Source of the DNA: Lingula anatina
Taxonomy: Eukaryota > Animalia > Brachiopoda
Length of the DNA: 64,000 bases
Direction: 5' to 3'
NCBI GenBank assembly: GCA_051362555.1
Contig: CM120643.1
Coordinates: 10,850,001 to 10,914,000, forward strand
Shown here: piece after piece, positions 23,622-35,030 of the stretch
How positions within the stretch are numbered: the stretch's first letter is position 1
Layout: each line of letters starts with the position of its first letter
Program-made: the position numbers and the translations under genes
The notes under the pieces: generated by a model
The model's input: only the letters and a program-made list of their open reading frames with translations
The model's database searches: none
Told to the model about the DNA's origin: nothing

Positions 23622-25146
23622 TATCTACAGTAATTGCATCCCAGTGATGTAGCTTAAAATAATTCCAGTTGCCATGGGAATGTCGCCAAATATTTTTTAC
23701 TCCCTGAGGAAAAAAGCTCAATATCAGGTGCTTGCCATTCGCACTAACAAGCTGAACGCATGTGCTGATAACAAAGTGAAGAGTCCAAGCTTAACATACC
23801 ATTTTTCTTTCCTGTAATGTGGGAGTTCTAGTGGTGGCTTTCAGAAAACGAGAGAGATACTCCATGGTTGGACCACAAAACAGCTGGATTGTGGCTGTGT
23901 GACTCTTTATGGGAATTCTTTGTGAAAAGGTTGAAGACTGCCAGGGTTTTGGATTTTGACTCCTAGTCTTGAGTTTGGAACACTTCCAAGAATATCATTT
24001 ATTTATTTATTTATTTATTTATTATTATTTTGAAAAATGAATGATTGAAACACAAAATAATGATGAATGAAAGCTCTAGTTGGTACTCTACAAACTTAGA
24101 GAATATTCATTTTATTTATTGTCCAAAATGTAGTATTGTTAACCCCAAAGACATGCATGTTCTGAAAAGTTAGATGAGTTTAAATCAGAAATTACTTTTT
24201 GGCATTAGTTAAAATAGACAAAGAAAAATGCAATATTGGTGCATACGAAATGTTCCAACTTTTGAATTGTTAGCATCTACTTAAATAGAATCAATTAGAG
24301 GTCTTGAAAATGGTAAACATAAGTTAAGGAACTACAAATATCCCTTCCTCAAAAGGAATTGTATGAAAATGTAATATTTAAGGTATGACATCATATGTTT
24401 TAAAGGAGGAGGTCAGTTTATGTACAAGGGTATTTTCTGTCTACGTATCTATGGAAGGGATGTTTTCTGTCTTTACATATCCTGCATGCTTATATTTCTA
24501 TTGAAAATTATCACTGCGGGTATTATAAGCTAGGTAAAAATACTCCTCATAAAGAGTTTCATAGTGTGTTGTAATCTTTACAGACAGCAATTTGCCATTT
24601 CCCATTGTAGATCCACTAGGAGTTTACATCCTACCAGATGGATTTTTCACTAGATATTCACAGATATGACTCTGGTTTAATTCATGGTTATTCTTTGCAC
24701 TAGGCTAAAATGCCTACATAATAATAAGCGTGGCCCTGGAAGAGAGTACAAGAAATTGGCTTTTCCTAATGGAGCCTGAAAATCAGAGTGGTGCTTTATA
24801 GAAGAGGCAAATGAATTCTGTTCAAATTGAACCATTTCTTCCACTGGCAGAATTTGTAAACAAAATATTACAATTAATGTAATTCAATGTATAGGCAAAT
24901 TGTACAGCTTTAACTGCAGTCTGGAAAAGAGACTCGATGCCAGTCGTTACATTGGGATATTTTGATGGGACATGTGACAGATCGGATATTTTTAACAGCA
25001 TTTATATTCGACTGCTGTGGTTTAAATGTACCAAGTGTCATTCAATGGTCAGTTCAGTCGGTAGCGTACATCCTGGTTCTAATTATTTTGACTCCTCAAA
25101 CCTTCCTTGTTATACTAGTATGAGGTTCCCAATGCACTTTGAACTC

Positions 25147-25177
<31 letters not shown>

Positions 25178-26308
25178 GTTTCACAAAAAGTCTACAGATT
25201 CTTTGTGAAACGAACTAAGTCGGGTTGGTCTTCGTATGTTAAAATTTTAGAGAAAAAATGAAAAAAAAAAACAATCTTTGAAATACAGCCTCTATGTTTG
25301 ATGCTTTTCCAAATGTTATCAAACAAGCGGGAATATATGCTGATGTGAAAACGAAGCTCAGAAGACGATTGTGGAACTCGGGCCAGCAAAATGGCACGGC
25401 GTCCTTAGCATGGTACTCCTGAAATCTTGTTAGAACATTGTTGTTGGGATATAATTTAAAAGTAAGTGCAATAATTGAATAGAAATTAGAATTAAGATTT
25501 GTGTTATAAGAAACGCGGAGGATACAGGGTGGCGTACATTTAATTTATTTTATGGTTTACGGGGTTGGTAGGCCTACGACAGGAGAAAGTCGTGTTACTT
25601 TTTATGATTATTTGTTCCGATGGTGTATAACACACGTGTTTATTAAGGGAACACGGTGCCTGAATTCGGTGATCTACTTCAGATTTTATTATCTTATAAT
25701 GTTTAAAAATGAAAAACCTGTATCTTTCATAAATGTACAAGCGAAAAAAAAAAATCTTCTGAGTTCTCTTTTCGTATGATAAAGTCACTGTCCGTGGAGC
25801 GAAATAGCCAAACTATAACCGTTTTGTTTAAACATCGACGGCTTTCTTGCACGTTGGCCGTTATGGACCAGGAAGTGTCTAATTTTAAACGCAATATTTT
25901 ACCGACAGAAATTCCATATGATTTACGAGAGAGAAAGCGAGAGGGACAAAACACTGCCATCAGTTTACAATGTTAGTTTCCAAAACGCCATTTCACACGG
26001 GTCTACAAACAAAATAATACACTTTTTTTTACCCGAGGCGTTCGTTTTTCCTTACTTTTGTTAAAAAAAAAAACCCTGACATGTAAGGACAAAAGAAGCC
26101 GCGGAAAACCACGGATACTTTTTTTCGCGGAAAGTTTGTTGGGGTTAATCAACCGAGAGGTTCCAGCAGCCCTGGTCAGTCAGCTCGCTGAAAATAAAAG
26201 ATGAGTAGAAGACCATGGTTGTCGATGCAAGCTCCATATCTGTCACTTTGATGAATAAATGTTACATTCAGGTCAAAGCGAGACATCATTGCGCGTAGTA
26301 GGCTATTA

Positions 26309-27610
26309 CCCGGGGTAAGTTGGCCCCCCGTCTTTTTATGAAAAAGTAACTACGAGGTAAAAAAAATTGGCCACATACTCTTGTAAAGTGACCGTAGCCT
26401 ACAATGAATGCTAAGGAAGTGTCGGCCGTTAAAAAGTTTTAATTAAGCGGTGAGTCCAAATAAACTATTTTGCACCTAAAAGTAGGCTAATTTTGTTTAA
26501 GAGATTTAAAAATCTATTTTCATAGGCTTTTGATCGAATATAAGATATGTATAGGGCATCAAACTGAAGCTCATTGTTTCAAGTTTCACAGATATGTATC
26601 ATCGTTGCTCATTCTAGCACCATAAATGGCTGCAATGTGCACCCGGGGCTAGTTGCTCCCCTTGACTCGGGGCAAGTTGGACCCTCATATTACCCACAAT
26701 CCTTTGCGCGCAACGCTGTTTGAAATAAACAAGAAGTTGTAACTTCTTGAAATAAACAAGTTGGTGAAATTAACAAAGCTTGCCGGTGCTTAACGTCTGA
26801 TTGATTTTTTAAAAAAATTTGCTCTCTGGTGTCTTTTCGAAAATTTATATTAGAAATGTTCTGTTGATTGTATGTATTAGAAAGCAAATCCATTGGACTT
26901 TCCTTAGAAAAACATTTATTTTGCCTTAATTCATTGTAAGGTTATTTTATTGTATTTATAGTGTTATATGTGGCCCCAAGGGGATTTTCCACCTCTCCCA
27001 TTGTTGTAACAAACTCAATGGTTTAAAACTGAATTTGTTACTTTCTTTTAAAACGTAAATTTATTATTCGTTTTCATTCATTAAAAACCTGCTTTATAAC
27101 ATTATCAATTTATTCTTAATTAAAACAAAACAAATTTTATTGATAGATTTTTTGGTTCTTGCAACACATACCCCCGCCCCCCCCCGCCCCCCCCTCCCCC
27201 CCACACAACGTGACGTACGGAAACCTCAATAAATCTGCCTCATTTGAACTATTTATTCATCAAAGACTCTCAATAATCAATTTAATAAATTAAAAATGTA
27301 TAAAAATGTATTTCAAGGCGTTTACATGGGATATATACTTCATTTTCGTATAGGGGGGCCAACTTGCCCCGACCCTGGGGCCAACTTGCCCCGCGGCGGG
27401 GCAAGTTGGCCCCCTTGACATCAACTGCGTTTTTTGTCAAATTGTGAGCCATCTGGCATTATATTTGAAAAATGATGGCGTTGCATACGTACAAATGTAG
27501 CTTAGTTCATGGGGCTTACTTTGAAACCGGGTTTGTTACTCTAACCCATTCCTAGTTGGCTCTACAAGGCCAAAAGTGTCTAACTGGACCAACTAGCCCC
27601 GGTCTCCCCT
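26309..27610. mobile_element. Non-autonomous DNA transposon, Tc1/mariner-pogo-like
   Basis: Right end caactagccccggtctcccc|ta (TIR GGGGAGACCGGGGCTAGTTG next to TA); left end degraded (ccggggtaagttggcccc). The motif CGGGGC(A/T)AGTTG recurs in both orientations near 26644, 26668, 27355-27415 and 27590. No transposase ORF. Confidence 0.7.
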
Positions 27611-27847
27611 ATTTTTTTCAGTTTATTTGTGAAATTTTATACATGATTGATCACTCTTGAAGAGTTAATGTAGGGCCTAACTTATATGGACACGACGTTT
27701 AAATAAGACGTACAAACTAGTAGAGCTGACCTATAATAGGCCCCTACTGATAACGTGGTCGAAGTTAAAATTGGTGTTTGGCAATTTTTTAAAAGTCGGC
27801 GCTAAACTGTACCGGTTCCCTCCGTCTCTCCCCCCCCCCCCCCCCAC

Positions 27848-27853
27848 TCTCTC

Positions 27854-27911
<58 letters not shown>
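27848..27911. repeat. (CT)n(CA)n compound microsatellite after poly-C
   Basis: Direct inspection. Confidence 0.9.
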
Positions 27912-28644
27912 TGGGCTTCAGGGCAATGACGCCACTGTAATAAGTAACGATCTATACATTCACGCATCTTTGATGGTAAGGAACTGCTTACTGAGGCTGA
28001 AGTGGTTCCCATGGAAACTGAAACTAGACGCACACTTCTTCCATAATGGAAGCAGCAGGGCCAGGTATCCGATAGCTTTTAAAACAGTTAAACTGTTTGA
28101 AACTTGGTGTAATTAATGATTATAGAATAAAAAAAAATTATCAAACAGATAAATATTAAAAGAATTCAGCAACAGTGACAAGATAGAGTGAAAAATATTG
28201 TTGGAAATCTGACAACAGGACTATGTCAAATTACATACTAGTAAATTACCGCAGTTGTCGCAATGCAGTAATTTTTGTCGGAAGATAAAAGTTGAGTCAC
28301 CTTTAAAAAGGCAACTGACTCGTGCTCCCTGACACGGGCTACACAGACAGTCATGTACGTTTGTGGAAAAGCCTAGTCGTTTGTCTCGTCCGTAAGACAT
28401 TTAATACCATACTACATCCGTAAGGTCCATTTTAATATATAGGGTGTATCTTTATTAAAGACGTGATTTTTACCACATACATGCCCATGTAGAAGAACCC
28501 GATTGACATATTTGTGGAAGAGTGTGAAATGTTTACGATAAAAATTATTTGTTTCAATGATTTAAAAGAAAGATTCAGTTGCAATAGGGTTATTCCGCAA
28601 GGAAAAAAATCGTTTTGCGGTCAAACGAAGGTCTCAGACAAGAC

Positions 28645-28808
28645 GGTGAACTTAGATGACCTGACCTCCTGACGACTCGTATCACGTGACTGCATCCTTG
28701 CACAAGGTCAAATAGACAGCACTTTTCTCAGGCTTGCACATTCGCTGCCAGTTTCTTTGTGAATTGGCACCCCAGTCGACTTCCATTTCGAAGACAGCGT
28801 GATACAAG
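28645..28808 (+). promoter_or_regulatory. Probable PEPCK promoter and non-coding exon 1
   Basis: Strong donor caag|gtaagt at 28808/28809. Upstream are a DR4 TGAACTtagaTGACCT (28647-28662), an E-box CACGTG (28683-28688) and CAAGGTCA (28703-28710). The acceptor before the PEPCK ATG is at 33518/33519. Confidence 0.55.
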
Positions 28809-29917
28809 GTAAGTACTTGATATTAGTGTTAACTAAAACTTTGCTAAGGTTGAAAGAGGTTACATTTCTTTCACGAGAAAATTCCCGGGGCGGAAATGCC
28901 CTTGCTTCACATTTCTTGTTTACAGTTTTTAAAAAAGAAAGCCGGCCGGCGAATTTTTCTCTGGTAATTCTCCTAACTGAAGCGGTGACATTCTATCCTT
29001 AATAGAGAAAATGTTTTAGTTCGTCAAGGAAAATGTTACAGAGGTAAAATATATGGACATAATGGTAGCAAAAAAGATTGTTATTGTAATGACATTGTGA
29101 CGAGGGAAGGTCACACGAGGCGACTCCTTATTCATGTACGCTATTCCTCGTGTTAATACATGAGTTAAGATATAAATACAGCAACAAAAACAACTAAAAG
29201 ATCATGATCAGTTGTTGAAAATCTCTCTTGTTATACAATTTGTTATATTAAAAGCTGACATGTGGTAGTTTTCTTGAATTTTTTCAATTTGTCCGGATGA
29301 AGCCCAGACAGTGAGCCAAAAATTCCTGAAGGTCATTGGCTTATATGAAGTACTACCGGTTATATTGACTCAGCATAAGATGTGTTACCAGTATGAGATA
29401 AGATAGTTTTGTGGGGCGTGCCAAACAGGTTAATTATATTTGGTCTTATCTCTCTCTCGGGGATAATGAGTGACTAATTAGTGTGATCTTAATTGCCAGG
29501 ATATAGGGTTGAGAAGATAGTGAAGTGGGTGCATGTGTTACATAATGTTTTGGGGATGGGGGTCAGGTAAGGACAGAACGACAAGGAAAATACCAGTATA
29601 TGCCTTTGTAATATGTCTTAGTATAAAACCTTGAATTTTTTTTCATTTTGCATATTTGTACTTCTTTTCGTGGAAGCTAAAACATATATATGCCCTTTAA
29701 AATGTCCTTGATTTTGTAACAAAAGAAAACCATATACCAGGAAGGTCATTGACCCAAATGGGGTGATATGTACGGGGAGTGGTTCACAGGTATTTATATA
29801 CTATGAAACAGCTGTTGTCAAGTAATTCTAATACAAATAAGTTTTTTGTCCCATATTTTTTTTTAGCAACATGTTGGCTTTGTTTTTTACTACTGTGTGT
29901 GCTTGAATCTCTAAAAG

Positions 29918-30028
29918 TGACTTTATCTAGGATAATAGTGAAATTTCCCCCTTAACCCAATGACGTCCTTGACTTTATCTAGGAAAACGGTGAAATTGCC
30001 TCCCTAACCCAGTGACTTGTCCTTGACT
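29918..30028. repeat. ~52-bp tandem duplication in PEPCK 5' intron
   Basis: tgactttatctagga..gtgaaatt..taaccca.tgac..gtcct occurs twice, followed by the start of a third tgact. Confidence 0.7.
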
Positions 30029-31943
30029 ATTGAAGTAAGGTTGTTCATTTAACCTTCAAAGGTATAAGTAGGCTATATTGGGATGGAATGCTTCTCTCAC
30101 CTTATTTTATCAATGGGGAGTAAAAATAAATTAAATGTCGATCAATTTGTAATACTGTGAAGTGATCTTGGCTGTAGGGGAAAGGGGGGTGATTGGATGA
30201 AAAGGGTGATTTCTCACAAAAGCCAGTCTCCCCAAATATCAAAGTAAATTAAAGTGAATTATGAATTGTCCACCAGGGAATTGTACCAGGCCTGGCATTT
30301 TTCCAAGGCCAAAATTGTATACCTGGGGAAGGTGGTTTAGAGTAACTTTTTGTGCCCAGTGGTGGATTTATTTTAAGTTGACTCTCCCCATATAATATTG
30401 ATAATTTGAAACAAGCAATGATTTAAGGTACATGTCCACAAAGCAGAACATTATATAGAAATATGATCACATAAAAGTGTTGGTGGATCTGGAATGGGGA
30501 GGGGGGGGGGAGTCTATATACAAGAACTCATGTGCTCTTAGGAAACCCCAATTTTTATGTAATAGATATGTTTATCACCTTGTAATGTTTTGAAGTATGC
30601 CTCTCTCATTTTCTATTTCTGCACTGAGGTATAAAAGCCATGGTTATATGATATAAATATAATGCTATTTATATTACCAGCATGTTGTTGTTTAGGTACA
30701 CAAGTGCAGTAAGTCACTTTCTTGTTACTGCATTGCTCAGTTGGACTATAAAAAGAATTGAGGCAGCCCTTTTTTTGGGGGGGGAGGGGGTGTTGTCATG
30801 AAATAATTTTTCTCACTCAGTTTTATATACCAGAAGACAAGCTGATTCTAAAATCTGCATATATCTGTTTTCCCCATAAATTGTACTTTTATCACTTGGT
30901 ATAAGCCATCTTGTCAACAACTCTACACATTCCATATATTACATGTATCACTAGACCAGTGTCAAAATACAATATTTCAGCAGTGCAGTATTTTCATTAA
31001 GTGAAAATGTGAAAATTTTAAAGTAAAAAGCTTCTAGTACAGTACTTCACATCATTATATGTTATAACCTGACTACAATGTAGAGCAGATTTTAGCCTTT
31101 TTGCCACTGCATTTACAAAGTATGTTGTTAGTACAAAACAAAATATAAAAGACCTGCCTAGGCAGAATAAAGGCATTTGTTATGCTTTTGTTACAAAGGA
31201 ATTCAATGTTGACAAATGAACAATGTTTTTCTTTATATTGAAAAGTTATTTGGCATGGAGGAAGCTTTCAGTCTTTTAAAAGCACGGCATGGATGAAATG
31301 TTGGAGGTACACAAAACAAAAAGATTCACAATACAAGTATCTGCTTTCATATTTACTATAGTGTTCCAAATATAGCTGCAGATTAAAGAGCATTCACAAA
31401 TATTTTTTAAGTGACTAGAATCTCTGTTGTGTAATATCTGCTTGTATATAAGGTATGCCAATTATGGTCATGAATCAGACAGCAAAATTCATTTGTACGT
31501 GGCATATAATTTTCAGAAAATATTACTTCTATTATATATGACCTTCCTGACATTGCCTGAGAACTAAATGTAGTGAAAAAGGAGATTCTTATAGTGTTCA
31601 AGGTCATTGAGATAATAAAATGATGGATGCATAGCTTTTACTGTCTGGGTATATGTCTGAAGCATATTTCTTGCCAAGTAATTATTCATGTGGTCTTAGA
31701 ATGTATGGTTACATGAAAAGGGAGAACACTTGAGGTACCTATGGTGTTTATTTACTTTTTTCAGGGAAATTTTGAATTTTTCGTTTACCAGGTCATTGAC
31801 AGATTGATAGTTGATAATCAAATAAGATTTATTTTGAAAATTTCACTGATTTCAGTGAATATATTGGAAAGTTAATCAATTTTTTATGCAAACAAAATAA
31901 TGATTTTTCAAAAATAATATACGAAGTAATATATCAAATAACC

Positions 31944-31974
<31 letters not shown>

Positions 31975-32720
31975 AATAAAGAAAGATAAATAAAAAGAAT
32001 AACACCATAGAAATCAATAAAAGAATAATTAGATGAAGACTAAGTACCTTAGACATGTGCTGCAGAGCAATTATAGTTAGGTATTAAGTCTGACTGGGGT
32101 ATTATATGCAGCTGTGGTGTACTTGTAATAATTTTAATGATATACCCTAGTCTGTATGTTACGTTCAAGCCTATTAATATGATCCGTTCATTCTCAGTAG
32201 TAGTGCACCACGTGGCATGTGCTGTCTGGAGGTATATGACTCATGAGGCGACATATAGAAGCACCTTCTGTGTGCGAGATGAACTCATTGATTATACAAT
32301 TTACAACAGTAATGGAGCCTCAGCTGCCTTAATTAAGTTGTCTCTACCATGTAGTCAAGGTTATTTGAATATTCTGATAAATCAATAAAAGGTCAGGCTA
32401 TCATTATTTTTTTAATGATATCTTCGAAGTAAATGTGGTCCTAAAAAGAAAATGGTTTTATAATAAGTATCACACTGATGTGGTAAGAATATTGATTTAG
32501 TACACTGAAAGTAATTGTAATGACATAATATGATAATATTTATTTTATATATATATTATATAGTACATTCCATTTGTAAATTTATGCATATCAATGCACT
32601 TTACTATATTAATATTAAAAGTCTTAAGTAATAAAATACAGGCTTACTTTAAAAGCTATAATGCATACAGATTAGTCAAATTGGCAATTGATTTGCCTTT
32701 GCCTATATTGCAGTCTTTCA

Positions 32721-32933
32721 CCCCATTTCCATAGATTAGATCGACCTACTTTGGATCGACCTAACTCCCTGGGGGTTCACGCTAAATAGCTGTCAGCCGG
32801 GCGGACACGAAAGTTAATTACCCCCTTAAAGCTTGTAGTAGGCGGGACGGACATTTAAGTCGGATTATCTGAAAGTAATCTAGTGAGACTCCCCGCGGGG
32901 ATAGATCGATCTAAAATCTATGGGAATAGAGCC
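32721..32933. mobile_element. MITE (PIF/Harbinger-like)
   Basis: Imperfect TIRs ccccatttccatagatt / aatctatgggaatagagcc. Internal cacgaaagttaattaccccc is shared with 62361-62380; gatcga(c/t)c motifs are shared with 49435-49652. Confidence 0.6.
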
Positions 32934-33531
32934 TTTGTGTAGACAGTTTTATATGCCCCTTGCAGTAGAACAGTGAAATCATATTTTTCTAACCTTTTGT
33001 ATTTTGGTTTTGCACTCAAACATGCGGGACATGCAATTATTTTTCCATCAAGCTCCCGAAGAACCTCCTTGACTTTGACATAGGTTAATTCAACATGAAT
33101 AGTTTGACTTTTAAATGAATATTTTATTACATGTATTGTTTTATTAAATTTTTGACACGAAGCATTTGCTCTGTTGCCACTTTAAATAGATTAGAAGTAG
33201 TATATGTGCAATGTGTCAGATGAAAAATTGGATTCAGTGGCAGCTAAAGTTATTTTCAATGTTCAGAGCTAACTTTTTTTCATCAGTTGAATGAAAGTCA
33301 TTAATATTTTATTCACTTATGTTGACAGTATGCAAAATATGCATCTCACTGAGATAAGTCCTTTTTAATAAAATTTTATCCCTCACATTGAATGCATAAT
33401 CTAAAACAATACATATTATACTCTTACTTTTATGAGGAAAACCTGTTGTCTCTGAAATTACATGCTACAAACACTTGATTGATTGAGAGTAAATACAATT
33501 ATTTTTTAAATATTGCAGCTGATATATTGTC

Positions 33532-34965
33532 ATGGATGAGGAAGTACAGTTTGTTGAGCATCGTGAGGTGTTCATTGAACACTATGGAGAGGTTCCTATT
33601 GTCAAAGGCTCCTTCAATGACATGCCGAAGAATGTACAGGCGTGGGTAGCATCGAAGGTGGGTTTTATCTTGGTATTGTGTGCGTATGCATGAACACGCA
33701 GCAGGCACATACAAGCACATTTGCATGTGTGCATTCGCATGCACACATTTGTTTCTCTAGGATTTTAATGTGCTGTGTATATTTTATCCTAGTTCCGAGT
33801 ACGCGTATCTAGGTATGTGCTAATATACAGTATTTGTTAAGACAGCCTAGGAATGTAGTATGGTTGCTCTCAAATTATCGTATCTGTATCATAGATTTTA
33901 GTTACAAACAGAAAAGTTACAAACAGAAGTTAAATTAATGTGGTTACAATAAAATTGTGATTTTTGATACGGAAACTCGTCTTCGTGACATATTCATGTC
34001 ATAAGAGATTTATTTTGTACTTCAGATTGACTTGTGCAAGCCACGTGGTGTGTACATCTGCGATGGTTCTCAAGAAGAGGCCGAAACTATCATCCACAAG
34101 CTGGAAGAACGTGGCACTTTGCATAAGTTGAAAGCCTACGAAAATAAGTAAGTTTGTCATTTTATGGCCCATTTCTAAAATTATTTCCATGATTTGTAAA
34201 TATTGTTTGTATTTATTAGTTATTTTGCTTTGTAGTTTGTTTTTTACAAATGACTGTATATATTCCTAAAACTGTGTCACTTTGGCAGGTTACATGTTAA
34301 CAAGAGGACGAAATCAACAAAATTAGTTGTTAGTTGCTCTTCATTTAGTATCTGTACTTTTGTCAGCTTTGTCCTCTTTTTTTTTCATATAAGTGCAATT
34401 GATTTTTATTTCTCCAAAGCTACATCTGCAAGACTGACCCCAAGGATGTTGCTCGTGTCGAGGGATTGACCTACATAGTGTCCCATAACAAGCATGACTC
34501 CGTGCCTCACGTCAGACCGAACACAAAGGGCATCCTAGCCCAGTGGATGAGCTATGCCGAGGCCGAGAAATTGAATATGGACCGCTGGCCAGGATGCATG
34601 GCAGGTCTGTGCACTATAGCATTGTCCCATTCTTTGTGATCACACCCGTTTTATGGATTGGAAATTTTTAAAAATTGTATATCAGGCTTGGGATTAAATT
34701 ATTAGACATCTGACATATACGACAAGATGTCTTGATAGACAATGCATGTTAATTGAAACAAGCCACTGTGAAGTTGAAATGTTATTTGCAGAACAGTATT
34801 ATTATTGGAAGAACTAAATATAGCTGATACCTTTTTTACTAACACAACATTGTCATCATGAAAGCAGATAGGTGAAATAAATTTGATCGTGTTCAGTTTA
34901 AGAAAAGCTGTAAGTATATTAATGGTAAATTAAGTTATAAGTATTATAATATTAATGATCTGACA

Positions 34966-35030
<65 letters not shown>

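Noticed and set aside
27960-28064. Alternative coding first exon for PEPCK (ATG GAA GCA GCA GGG CCA G|gtatcc)
   Set aside because: The donor is weak, and splicing to 33519 would be out of frame with PEPCK; at most a minor UTR exon.
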